A stretch of 64,000 nt of DNA from Promethearchaeota archaeon (GTDB lineage: Archaea; Asgardarchaeota; Lokiarchaeia; Sigyniarchaeales; SOKP01). Positions 1 to 10,332 of this stretch are shown here, one piece after another. Numbering within the stretch: position 1 is the first letter of the stretch; every line of letters begins with the position of its first letter. The stretch is from positions 160,001 through 224,000 of the forward strand of contig JAEOUA010000008.1 of the NCBI GenBank assembly GCA_016839555.1, written 5' to 3'. The position numbers were made by a program, and so were the translations under genes. Under the pieces are notes generated by a model. The model had not been told where the DNA came from. It did not search any database and saw only the letters and a program-made list of their open reading frames with translations.

Positions 1-357
1 CTTTTCTAGGCGTTTTATCTTTTCTTTTATTTCTTTTAAGGCTTTAGTGTCTTCTGTTTCTGAATATAATTTATCTAATTCCTTTTCTTCTTTATTTAAG
101 ATCTCACAAACTTGGTCAAATTTTTCTTTTTTATCAAAATATTCACTTTCGAACTTAGATAATGCGTTAGGATTTCTTTTATAAAAATCGTTTCTCTTAT
201 TCTCTTGATAGTTATTTAATTCTTTATTCAATTCCTCCTTTTTTTTATAAAATTTTTTTCTAAATTCTTTGACTTTTTCCTCTTGATTTTTAATCTTTAT
301 TATATCACTTTTAGATTTTTCCTTATCCCTTAATGAATTAAGTTTCGTTTTACTCAT
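1..357 (-). CDS. Partial K/E-rich coiled-coil protein (runs off the window's left edge)
   Basis: Read manually: ATG at 357, open to position 1 (MSKTKLNSLRDKEKSKSDIIKIKNQEEKVKEFRKK...); not in ORF track. Confidence 0.7.
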   Translation of the reverse strand, partial: MSKTKLNSLRDKEKSKSDIIKIKNQEEKVKEFRKKFYKKKEELNKELNNYQENKRNDFYKRNPNALSKFESEYFDKKEKFDQVCEILNKEEKELDKLYSETEDTKALKEIKEKIKRLEK

Positions 358-776
358 TTTATTATATTTTTACTTTATTTTTAAATTATTATTTTTATTA
401 AAAAAGGGAATTAATAAAGTCCTCTATTATATTAGCGGTTAGATTAAAAAATCGTTAAAAATATTCATTATTCTTTTTTTCCACTCTTTCAGAGTTTATA
501 TAAAGAAATAAAAGACAAATAAAAGTGAAAACATTTAAAGTATTGACTGAGCTGTCTAAATGATTATATTTGAGGGAATATTAAAATTAAATGAAATCCA
601 TTTTTTAAAAAAAGAAATAATAGTATATTTAAACTGATTTATCAAGCATTTATAGGATTGAACAATACATAATTATTGACATATTTAAAATCTAGGAGTT
701 TATAAAGATTTTTCTATAATTACAAAAGATTATATATCTAAAGAGTTAGCCTTTGAGAAATAATAAAAGGAAAAAA

Positions 777-1772
777 ATGAAGCTCGAAGAAAAAGTTGGA
801 TCTTATTTAGATGATATTAAAAAACTACCAGGAGTGGAGAATGTCGTTCTAACCCAGAGAGACGGAAATCCAATTCATTCTTCAGGAGTATGGCTTAGTA
901 AGGATGAGATCTTTAATGTCTGTTCAGCAGCTAGCGCTATTTATAATGTTGGGATAAAATTACATCCAAAAAATCTAAAATATATTCTCATTGAGGGAAA
1001 GAAAGCAAAGATTCTTATTGTTCCTTTGAATAATCCAGTCCATGAATCGCTAAACAGATATCTTGAACAGTCAGAAGCTAATATCCATGAATTTTTTATA
1101 AGCATAACGGCCCAACCACAAGTAAATTTAGGGAGTATCTTTCTGCAAACAAATAACTGTTTAAGTTCAATTAAAACTACCTTGCTAAATTCAGGGCAAA
1201 CATTTAAACCTCCTCTAATCGAATATGACGAAATTAAATTGCAAGAAATTTTAAATCGATTTAAAATTAAAGACGACGAAGAAGAAAGTTATAATTTTTC
1301 TTCAATTCTTTTTAATATTTCAGAAGAATTATCGTGGGAATTAAATAAAATATTAAAAAACTTTTCAACTTTAGTTTTAGATCTTAACTATGCTTTTTTA
1401 TCTATAGAAGGAGGTTTTATATTATCAAAAATCTTAAAGAATTTAAAATTACCTGATAGAATTATTGACAACATTTCTGCAATGAGTTATTCGCTTTTTC
1501 ACGTAGCAAATAGATGTGCATGGTTATTAAAAAAAATGAATGCTGAAAATATATTATTAGAATGTAATAACACTTTTCACTTTATAAACAAAATCAATGA
1601 AGGTGTTTTTTCTTCTGAAATCAGAAAAGGGCGACAAAAATTGGGTTTAATACGACTTTATTTGCCGCAATTTTTAAAAAAAATCTCTACGGTATTATCA
1701 AGTGTAGAACATGATCAAAAACATGAATCATTTGACGTTAACAAATTTTTAGATAATATGACTATTAAATAA
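777..1772 (+). CDS. Tandem Roadblock/LC7 (MglB-like) domain protein
   Basis: Two Roadblock-like units (PGVENVVLTQRDGNPI..SAASAIY..ILIEG; YAFLSIEGGFI..SAMSYSL..ILLEC..KLGLIRL); upstream of MglA-like GTPase; ATG 777 preferred over TTG 753. Confidence 0.85.
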   Translation: MKLEEKVGSYLDDIKKLPGVENVVLTQRDGNPIHSSGVWLSKDEIFNVCSAASAIYNVGIKLHPKNLKYILIEGKKAKILIVPLNNPVHESLNRYLEQSEANIHEFFISITAQPQVNLGSIFLQTNNCLSSIKTTLLNSGQTFKPPLIEYDEIKLQEILNRFKIKDDEEESYNFSSILFNISEELSWELNKILKNFSTLVLDLNYAFLSIEGGFILSKILKNLKLPDRIIDNISAMSYSLFHVANRCAWLLKKMNAENILLECNNTFHFINKINEGVFSSEIRKGRQKLGLIRLYLPQFLKKISTVLSSVEHDQKHESFDVNKFLDNMTIK

Positions 1773-1870
1773 AATAATAAAATAGAATATTTTTAAAAAA
1801 AAATCAAAATTTTTATTATAGAAAAAAACGAGTATTTCTTATTTTATCGAAATTAAAATTATTAAATACT

Positions 1871-2050
1871 ATGCTGATTGATTCAAAAATAGGTAGCAAA
1901 ACATTGTTAGAAACAATTAAATATAAAGATATCCCTATTGAAAAGATAATATCATTTATCAAAAAAGAGTGGGGGGGAGATTTTTCCAAGTTAATAGAAA
2001 ATGATAAGCTTACTTTAATTGGAAATAAAATACAATCTTTTTTGGGTTAA
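1871..2050 (+). CDS. Small 59-aa hypothetical protein between Roadblock and GTPase genes
   Basis: ATG 1871 to TAA 2050 (MLIDSKIGSKTLLETIKYKDIPIEKIISFIKKEWGG...), ends 4 nt before the GTPase ATG; below ORF-track cutoff. Confidence 0.55.
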   Translation: MLIDSKIGSKTLLETIKYKDIPIEKIISFIKKEWGGDFSKLIENDKLTLIGNKIQSFLG

Positions 2051-2054
2051 AAAT

Positions 2055-2636
2055 ATGATCTTAAATTATGAGTCAAAAACAATTCAAGTTAAAATTGTAT
2101 ATTATGGCCCTGCTATGTCAGGAAAAACTACCTCACTTAAATTTTTATTTAATTACTTTAATAAAGAGGATCAAATAAATTCTATTGAAAATACAGTTGG
2201 AAGAACTTTGTTTTTTGATTTTGGAGTATTAGAATTTAAGGGGTCTCAGTGGGATCTTAAATTTCTTATTTATTCGGCAACTGGACAAGACTTTTATTCT
2301 AGCACAAGACCTACTACGCTAAGAGGAGTTGATGGGATTATATTTGTTGCTGATTCTAAAAGAGAATGCTTAGAGCATAATATTCGCTCTTGGAAAGAAT
2401 TAAAGTATTATTTCGGTGAAAATTTATATCAAATCCCAATTGTAATCGCCTTAAATAAATATGATTTGAATAATGGTAAAAAAATTGAAAAAAATGATTT
2501 AAAGCACAAAATTGATTTTAACAGATTTAGAATGATTAATATGACTAAAACAATTGCTATTACGGGAGAGGGTATTTTAGATTCGTTCAAAAAGTTAATT
2601 AAATCTATCTTTCCAAAAATAAGATTTACTATTTAA
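2055..2636 (+). CDS. mglA: MglA-family small GTPase
   Basis: G1 GPAMSGKTT, MglA signature GRTLFFDF, G3-like ATGQ, G4 NKYD, G5 AITGEG; ATG at 2055. Confidence 0.9.
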   Translation: MILNYESKTIQVKIVYYGPAMSGKTTSLKFLFNYFNKEDQINSIENTVGRTLFFDFGVLEFKGSQWDLKFLIYSATGQDFYSSTRPTTLRGVDGIIFVADSKRECLEHNIRSWKELKYYFGENLYQIPIVIALNKYDLNNGKKIEKNDLKHKIDFNRFRMINMTKTIAITGEGILDSFKKLIKSIFPKIRFTI

Positions 2637-2862
2637 AGAGATCTTGAAATATTTTTAATAGTAAAAATCAACTATTTATTGAAAGTCTATTAAACCTTAT
2701 AACTATTTATGAAACTCATATGTTCATAAAAATATCTTCTGAGTTTTATTTCTTCCACCATTATCTACAAAACGTATTTCCATTGTCTAGTTAACATATA
2801 AAATAATAAAGATTTTTAGCAAGGATATAAAAAAAGATAAAAATTAGAAAAAAAATTAAAAG

Positions 2863-5800
2863 TTAGGAGCGCTTTTTCTTTAGATAGGTAGTATAGATGA
2901 TGATTCCAAGGGGAAGAGCGATTGAAATGATGAAAATCGGAAATAATATCGTAGAATATGTTGATAATAATGTGCCCTCTTTTCGATAATTAGAATCTGC
3001 AGATGGAATGAATGGAAAATTGGGATTTTGTAAGCTTTTATATGAAAAGCTATAAGTTCCGATATAATGGGCTGTTCCATTTAATCCATCATTTACGTAT
3101 AATTCAAAACTATACTCTCCAAAAAGATCATAGTGAATAGTTTCCATGAATTCAGTGTGATGTGCGAAATTTTGCATAGCAAGATATTTCCTTTGAATGA
3201 ATTTACCATCCCGATACACATCAACATAGGCACTTCCCTCATAGAGAGCCACATTCCCCGTAGCAGTAGAAAGATAGGCGTAAATGCTCACATCTCGGGT
3301 ATCCGTAGAATTACTTACGGAATAAGAAAAGTCAAAAGTATATTCTGTGCTAAATGAAATGGGATATTCTTTAATTTTTTGCGAGGTTTCATAGAGGCAT
3401 ACATTAGCATACACTATGGGATAATTCGCAGGATCTAAAGGGATGGTTGCGATATATTCGTATGTTCCCATTCCTGTCTCATCAAAGGTGTGAGTACCTA
3501 GTTGCTTGCTCTCAAGTCTTAAGGTAGCGTACGGACTTAAGCCTTCCAATACAATATTACAAATAGAAGCATTAATGTGGTTTTCTCCATTCAGTTGGAC
3601 TATCGTATCATAGTCGATGGTACAGCGATATTCATCGTTTACTGCCATATAACTCAGCCAATATAAGATTTCATAGCTTATAGTGATATGTTCAGGCGTG
3701 AGATAAAATTCGTGCTTATTTTCATCGTAAATCGTATGGACTAATAGGTGGGTTTGATCCAAATCAAATTGAAATCCAAGATTAAGCGCCTCATCTATTT
3801 TATAACTATAATATACACTTTCAATGTTGGAATAGTTAACTGTTTGAAGCACAAAATTTTTAATCTTCTCGGTATTTAAGGAATATTGGTCGATGATGGT
3901 CAAGAGATCGATAAGGTAATAGGTATTTTTGAGTAAAGTTTCCGGATTGTTAGTATATTCCGGATCATAATAAAGAATTTGTGGAGTCTCTTCAATATGC
4001 TTAAAAAGATAGGTATATACCGCATCTAAGTCTACATTAGTATTTGATATATTTCCGAGTTCTAAAGTCTCCATAAGATACGCTAAATTTTTTATTGCAA
4101 AATAAGTCTGCTCGAATGTAATCATTTTTTCTTGACGATCTAAGGGTTTTGCTCTCCAATATTCAAAGGGCACAAATGCTCCAAAATAGCCCGAAGATCC
4201 CTCTGTAATCTGACAATTTTCTATGCTTTCTATGAGTTCTGATACATTATGATCTGTAATAAAATCGTCTAATTTATAAATCTTTTCTAAAGAAGTTAGA
4301 GCTTTATAGGTGAATTTGTGATTATTATGATAATCCACATATTTACTGAAATTATGAATGCCTTCATTATAGAATTCAATAGGAAACAAGCGTAATAAAC
4401 CGTAATCACCATCAATATTGGTATATCCATAAAATCCCTTCCAATCTTTCACTTGCATTTCGAAATATGCCTCTCTAAAATAGAGATATAACTCTTGCAA
4501 TTCTAAGTCGGAAACGCAATCGAACAAAGAACAAGATTGAATAATAGAAAATATAAGATCTGCTCTCATATATTCTTTTGAAGTAAAGCTATAGCCCCGA
4601 TAACTCTCGAACATCTCCATTGCATCTACAATATTATCTTTATCTTCAGTGTTTAATTCACTTATTTTATTGGCTTCAGAAAGAGATCGAATAATTTGGA
4701 AGGTATCGATCAACTCGTAAAACCCATAAGATGTGGTGGAATCCCAAATATCCAGTTCATTGCGACTATTCAATAGAAAATTCATTATTTCTGTTTCATT
4801 GATTTCCGTGTATCCCATAAGCACAGAAAGATCTAAGCCCATAGCAGTAGCAGCAAATATAGAATAATTAAGATAAATATTATAGTCAGAGTAGTCAAAA
4901 TAATCACCGTTTTGATGATAACCACTACTTAAGAAATGGTAAAATAAATCAATGTTGATAGAGTTTTCCACACCAAATATCTCTAATGATTTGATTGCAT
5001 AATAGCTGGAAAGCATATTCGGACCATACGCAATAATTGATAAAAAGTCTTCATTCGCCTCATTATTAAATCCTCCATAGAAATCATAGCTTGGATCTAA
5101 TACTTGAAGATCTTGAATAAACTCGATAATTTGCGTCTTTTGGGTGCTATATCCCTGCCAATTCTCTAATAATGCATCCAGAGCTTTCACTGCATAATAG
5201 GTATTATCCAAGGTGCTGGTTTTAAAATATTCGTGAAGGTTAGTATCATACAATTGTCCGATAAAACCCCCTGTGTTGGAATCATAACAGCTCCAGATAA
5301 AATCTAAGATTTCTTGAGTATCTATTTGGTTTAATTGTCCCAAAATCTCCAAAGAGAGTATGGCATAACAATTGACTTCTAATAAGGTGCTGAGAGGGTA
5401 ATATTCTAACTCAAAATCCGTATCCAAATAGCGCTGTGCATACTCATCTACAAACATACCAACATCTGAATCATAATACTCCATAATAATCTCTGTAATT
5501 TCCGATTGATTAATACTATCTAATGCGTCTAGATTATTCAAAATAGAAAGGACAAAATAAATACCTTGTAAGGATGGCTCATAAGTAGATGGAAAATAGC
5601 CATTTTCGGTGTATTCATCGAGATAGCTATCAATAATTTCTTCTATTATGTCCGTTACTAATTTATTCATTTCTATTACGGTAACTTTAATTTGAATACT
5701 CTCCGTATTTCCGTAGGTATCATTCACGTTTATAGTAAAGGGATACACACCAATAGTAAGCACAGAAGTATTAGTGATGACTCCATTATTGTCAATAGTA

Positions 5801-7125
5801 AAAGAGGAAGTTCCTGTCAGCCAGTATCGATCAATATCAGACGGATCTGAGGCATTGATATTATAACAAAAAGGTTTTCCCAAAGGAACCCATTGATTTG
5901 CGGGAACTTGATCCCAAGTTGGGGCGGATGACTCTTGCCCCAAAAAAATTGATAAAGTGTCATCATTCTTATTTGCGACGACAATATCATTTACCCCATC
6001 ATTGTTTACATCTCCAATTCTTACTCCTCGTGGAGAATCACCTACGTTTTTTCTTATTTGAGAGCCCCAACCCATACTTGTAGGATTCCAATATATAACA
6101 GAAATTGTGTCTTCCGCCTCATTAGCAGTCACAATATCGTTGTATCCATCATTATTTATATCTTCCACATCTACTCCTCTTGGGTTTACTCCGACATCCA
6201 TATCGAGTAAGAGAGACCACTCATTTAAATCTTCATTCCAATAAAGAATCGATATAGTATTATCTCCATAATTGGCAACTATAATATCCTTTATTCCATC
6301 ATTATTAGCATCTGCAATGCAGGCTCCAATTGGAGTTAATCCTACAGATTTTACAACAGGGGAATCCCAATTACTTAATTCTTCATTCCAACAGAATATT
6401 GAAATAGAGGCATTGGCTTCGTTAGTAACTATAATTTCATTTCTACCATCATTATTCACATCTCCAATACATACCCCTCGAGGAGAATTCATCAAATCTT
6501 TTGAAATCAAAGGATCCCAATCTCCTACTCCTTCATTCCAACAGAATATTGAAATAGAGGCAGCATAATAGTTTGAGACAACAATATCATTAAATAAATC
6601 GTTGTTCACATCTCCGACATCTAACCCGTAAGAAAATCCTCCAGCATAGACGGTTAATGTTTCACTCCAATTACCCAATGACTCATTCCATAGTAATATG
6701 GATATATCATTAGTTACATGCGACATAGTAATATCATTAAATCCGTCGTTGTTTACGTCTTCAATGACAATGTCAGTGGGGCCATCTAGCCAGTTGCCCA
6801 ATGCTTGTATTTCCCAATCTATCACTGTCTGATTCCAGCTCAATAATGAGCTGTGAAAGTCTAAGTAATTTGCCACAGCAATATCTTTTATTTCATCGTT
6901 GTTAGCATCGCCAATATCTATGCTATAAGGATAACCCCCGACCTCGATAATGATCTCATAGCCTAACTCTCTTGATGTGTGAAACTTATTTTCGGCGTTT
7001 GAAGGAAATTGAATCATAGAGAATTCTATTGTATTATTAAAGTTAAATAGCGGTAAGAGAAAAAGCACTGCAATACACATCAAAATTGTAATACTTATTT
7101 GATAATTTTTGGTTTTATTCGACAT
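2863..7125 (-). CDS. Secreted/membrane-anchored protein: seven FG-GAP repeats, Ig/cadherin-like linker, prenyltransferase/squalene-cyclase-like helical repeats, C-terminal TM
   Basis: N-terminal hydrophobic signal; 7x D[VAI]NND..DI motifs; GGF..TYYA/SSYYA repeats; C-terminal TM followed by KKKRS. Confidence 0.85.
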   Translation of the reverse strand: MSNKTKNYQISITILMCIAVLFLLPLFNFNNTIEFSMIQFPSNAENKFHTSRELGYEIIIEVGGYPYSIDIGDANNDEIKDIAVANYLDFHSSLLSWNQTVIDWEIQALGNWLDGPTDIVIEDVNNDGFNDITMSHVTNDISILLWNESLGNWSETLTVYAGGFSYGLDVGDVNNDLFNDIVVSNYYAASISIFCWNEGVGDWDPLISKDLMNSPRGVCIGDVNNDGRNEIIVTNEANASISIFCWNEELSNWDSPVVKSVGLTPIGACIADANNDGIKDIIVANYGDNTISILYWNEDLNEWSLLLDMDVGVNPRGVDVEDINNDGYNDIVTANEAEDTISVIYWNPTSMGWGSQIRKNVGDSPRGVRIGDVNNDGVNDIVVANKNDDTLSIFLGQESSAPTWDQVPANQWVPLGKPFCYNINASDPSDIDRYWLTGTSSFTIDNNGVITNTSVLTIGVYPFTINVNDTYGNTESIQIKVTVIEMNKLVTDIIEEIIDSYLDEYTENGYFPSTYEPSLQGIYFVLSILNNLDALDSINQSEITEIIMEYYDSDVGMFVDEYAQRYLDTDFELEYYPLSTLLEVNCYAILSLEILGQLNQIDTQEILDFIWSCYDSNTGGFIGQLYDTNLHEYFKTSTLDNTYYAVKALDALLENWQGYSTQKTQIIEFIQDLQVLDPSYDFYGGFNNEANEDFLSIIAYGPNMLSSYYAIKSLEIFGVENSINIDLFYHFLSSGYHQNGDYFDYSDYNIYLNYSIFAATAMGLDLSVLMGYTEINETEIMNFLLNSRNELDIWDSTTSYGFYELIDTFQIIRSLSEANKISELNTEDKDNIVDAMEMFESYRGYSFTSKEYMRADLIFSIIQSCSLFDCVSDLELQELYLYFREAYFEMQVKDWKGFYGYTNIDGDYGLLRLFPIEFYNEGIHNFSKYVDYHNNHKFTYKALTSLEKIYKLDDFITDHNVSELIESIENCQITEGSSGYFGAFVPFEYWRAKPLDRQEKMITFEQTYFAIKNLAYLMETLELGNISNTNVDLDAVYTYLFKHIEETPQILYYDPEYTNNPETLLKNTYYLIDLLTIIDQYSLNTEKIKNFVLQTVNYSNIESVYYSYKIDEALNLGFQFDLDQTHLLVHTIYDENKHEFYLTPEHITISYEILYWLSYMAVNDEYRCTIDYDTIVQLNGENHINASICNIVLEGLSPYATLRLESKQLGTHTFDETGMGTYEYIATIPLDPANYPIVYANVCLYETSQKIKEYPISFSTEYTFDFSYSVSNSTDTRDVSIYAYLSTATGNVALYEGSAYVDVYRDGKFIQRKYLAMQNFAHHTEFMETIHYDLFGEYSFELYVNDGLNGTAHYIGTYSFSYKSLQNPNFPFIPSADSNYRKEGTLLSTYSTILFPIFIISIALPLGIIIYTTYLKKKRS
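6381..6562. repeat. Identical 32-bp direct repeat at 150-bp spacing inside FG-GAP repeats
   Basis: cttcattccaacagaatattgaaatagaggca at 6381-6412 and 6531-6562. Confidence 0.95.
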
Positions 7126-7313
7126 AAAATATACAAATTTTTATTAGATTATATTTAAGATTTAGGGAAAGTATTTAAATAAAAAATTGAGACCGAAAAA
7201 GATGTTCCCGAAAAATAGAGAAATATAAAAAAAAGAAAAAATATATCAAAAAAGTAAGAAAAAGAGAAAAAAACATAAATAATCAGATTATATGCATTCT
7301 AATTAAAGTCGAA

Positions 7314-8546
7314 TTATGAACGAGTTGTTGGTGGTCCTGTAGGATAATGATACACAATTTTTTGAAATCTAATTTGCTTTTGATATTTTGATTGCTTCTT
7401 TTTGATTTCCTTTTTCTGGTGATTACTTCTGATTTTCATTAAGATACAAATAGGATTATAATTAGCACTCTCAATGGCAAAAATAAATTGTTTTTCTCGT
7501 AGTGCTGCTTCAAATTTTACATCTACATCAATTTCGATAACTATGGAAACATCTTTCTGCTCTTTTTCTTCGTTAGCCTCTGATTTCGTACTCTCAATGC
7601 TTTCAAAGATTCCCAATTTGTAGACAATAGTTTTTACCAGATCGGCAGATTTGACAAGACTCTCAAATCCAGGAACATTAAATCGTTCGAATAGTTTTCG
7701 TTTTACTTGAGACTGAATGGTGCTCATTTGAATGTTTAATGCACTACATATAGAGCTTATAGTAATCTTATTACGATAATTACATAATACAGCAACAGAT
7801 GATATTAATCCAGCAATTACATTATCCGTGGTGCATTTTATCCCTTCCCATAAGTTTATCAACACCCTTTTTGCATCATAATAAAACTCCATTCCTAAGT
7901 TATATTGCTCGGACAGCCCCAACACTTTGTTCATGATAAATTGTTTACGATTCCGCTCATAATATTCTGGAATAAGCCGGGAAATCTTTAATTTACAATA
8001 ATTATAATCTTTTTTCTCCACTTTCGAAATTTCTAATAACTCAGGTTCATTAATTACAATTCCTTCTTTTTTAAAATGAAAGTACAAGAGAGTGGGAAGT
8101 AATTTTTCAGGATTACGATATTTTGTTCCCTTTTGCAGTTTTTTCCGTATTTCCTTAAACATCTTAAAGATAGGATCCTTAAAACTACGAGATAGTGATA
8201 ATCCTGTAAGTAATCGGGAGATCTCAATTTTTGCCGATTGATTTACATAATCTCCATTGGATTTTATATTTTGAATCTTTTGTAATCTTTCTAACTTAGT
8301 TGAATGTATATCTCTAATCCGTTCTTTTTGATGTCCTATATATGTATTTCCAAAAGAGACCTCGTGTTGAATTCGTTTCTGGATATAAGGTTTATCATAC
8401 TCCATTCGAGGGATTTTTAGGACAAGTCCGCAATGTGGGCACACATACCCTTGTTCTGTCTCTACTATCTCATTGGAATGACATGAATCACATGTAAGAT
8501 CCATTTCATTTAAAGATGTTTTTTTAGAATAACTTTTTATTACCAT
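7314..8546 (-). CDS. Divergent TFIIB/TFB-like protein with C-terminal extension
   Basis: Zn ribbon CDSC..CPHCG, two cyclin-like folds, no B-reader EWR motif, tail ending PTGPPT. Confidence 0.8.
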   Translation of the reverse strand: MVIKSYSKKTSLNEMDLTCDSCHSNEIVETEQGYVCPHCGLVLKIPRMEYDKPYIQKRIQHEVSFGNTYIGHQKERIRDIHSTKLERLQKIQNIKSNGDYVNQSAKIEISRLLTGLSLSRSFKDPIFKMFKEIRKKLQKGTKYRNPEKLLPTLLYFHFKKEGIVINEPELLEISKVEKKDYNYCKLKISRLIPEYYERNRKQFIMNKVLGLSEQYNLGMEFYYDAKRVLINLWEGIKCTTDNVIAGLISSVAVLCNYRNKITISSICSALNIQMSTIQSQVKRKLFERFNVPGFESLVKSADLVKTIVYKLGIFESIESTKSEANEEKEQKDVSIVIEIDVDVKFEAALREKQFIFAIESANYNPICILMKIRSNHQKKEIKKKQSKYQKQIRFQKIVYHYPTGPPTTRS

Positions 8547-9235
8547 TGTTTTTCAATCCTATATTTCATTTTTCTTAAGTAAGTATAGGAAGGAGTTTTA
8601 TTTTTAAATGTTACCAAAACTGAAAAATGTTCAGAAATATGATAAGAAATGACGAAATGTGATCATTTCTTTAATATTATTTGGATAATTATAAACATTG
8701 TTTAATAAAAAAATTAATATCTAAATCTTGCATGAAATTTTAAAAAATTATAATATCTTAAAATTAAAAAAATAGGCATTGTTCCTACATATATTATAGA
8801 GCACTCTAAGGTGTACCACTTTTGAATTTAACTATATATTTCTGCAAATCTAGAAAATGTTAGCCAATTTTATTTGGCAAACTTACTAAAATCTAAGAAA
8901 TTTCTATTTAAAGGAAAAATAATTTTTCCTTAAAATCTTTAATAAATATTAAATTCCTTTTTAATTCAAAAACAAGTTTTAAATTTTATATATATTCTTA
9001 TGACTTTTTTTAAAAAAATGGTAAACTGCTATACCTTTTTTTTAAATAATTATACTAAATAACAAATTTATTATGACATTATTTAATTATATTGGCGATA
9101 TCAAAGAAGGAGTCAGCTAACTCTTTGGAACGTATATATTCAATGATTTTCTGATACAACATAAAACTCTTTTTTTGGCACCCTATATGAAATCTTATAT
9201 AATTTAAGCTTATAATCTTATTGGTTAGATTTTAT

Positions 9236-9940
9236 ATGAATTTTATAAACATTTTGAATAAAGCAGAAGAATATTATAAACAAAATCAGTTAGAAGAGGC
9301 CTTGCGACTTTTTCTTAAATTATATTATTTTTATGAATCCCATGTCTTACCTCAAAAAAGTCTTAAAGACTTTTATATAACTATAAGAAGGATAGCAAAG
9401 ATTTACAATATAATAAATGAACCTGCTAACGCAATATTCTATTGTAAAAAATTATTAATTATATGTGATAAACTTAAACCTTTTCCTTTTGAAGATAAAA
9501 TTAATATATTAAATGATTTAGGGGAATTACATGAAAAAATTAATGATTATAATTCAGCTATAAAATATTACAATCAATTAATAGTTATTCATAAAGAGAA
9601 TAGAATAACGGAAGGATTAGCTAATGATTATCATGCTATAGCAGATATATATTTCAAACAGAAATCTTACGAAAAAGCAAAACAAGTATATTTAGTTGCC
9701 CTGAAATTTTATGAATTAAGTGATAATAAAGAATTAACAGGTATTATATATTACCGTCTTGGCATAATTTCTTATTTGCAAAACGATTACAGAAAAGCTA
9801 TGGCTAATCTAAATAGTTCTCTTTTAGTATTTGAAAAACTAAATCTAAATGATGATTTATTAAATATTAAAGAGGAAAAATATTACAAGAATGCGAAAAA
9901 ATTATGGAAAAAAATAAAAAGAGAAGGGAAATTCAAATAG
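9236..9940 (+). CDS. Tetratricopeptide repeat protein
   Basis: Repeated TPR patterns (LGELHEKINDYNSAIKYY; IADIYFKQKSYEKAKQVY; LGIISYLQNDYRKA). Confidence 0.9.
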   Translation: MNFINILNKAEEYYKQNQLEEALRLFLKLYYFYESHVLPQKSLKDFYITIRRIAKIYNIINEPANAIFYCKKLLIICDKLKPFPFEDKINILNDLGELHEKINDYNSAIKYYNQLIVIHKENRITEGLANDYHAIADIYFKQKSYEKAKQVYLVALKFYELSDNKELTGIIYYRLGIISYLQNDYRKAMANLNSSLLVFEKLNLNDDLLNIKEEKYYKNAKKLWKKIKREGKFK

Positions 9941-10332
9941 AAACCCACTTTTTAAAAAAGAGTAGAGTTAGGCGATTTGCTTGGGATCACTATTTGATTG
10001 TGTGTGATTTTAAAAAATTTATTTAACAATATATAAAGTGACCCTTAGATTGTTTTCTGATTTTATTGTATTACTCAATTTTTTTATTAATACTCCATTT
10101 TCTTTTGAATCAGAATATTTTTTTTCTATATTAATATTGGGCAATTTCGTGAAACGCCCATTTCACGTTCTTTCATATATACCATGATATATTCCTAAGT
10201 TATAAAGTTAAAAATTCATAATACGAAATTAGAGGTTTGCTTCATTTTAAGAGCTAGAGTATAATGCAAATCTCAATGCTAATTAAAGCTCTGAGAAAGA
10301 GGGAGATAACGGTTCGCAAAAAGCTTGTAATT

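Noticed and set aside
600-631. Possible target of mini-array spacer 54695-54726 in the Roadblock gene promoter
   Set aside because: Only about 22/32 identity (12-nt exact core) in low-complexity AT-rich DNA; compatible with chance
9093-9130. Fluoride riboswitch (GGCGAT start)
   Set aside because: Lacks the complementary TCGCC stem and downstream motif; no crcB-type gene
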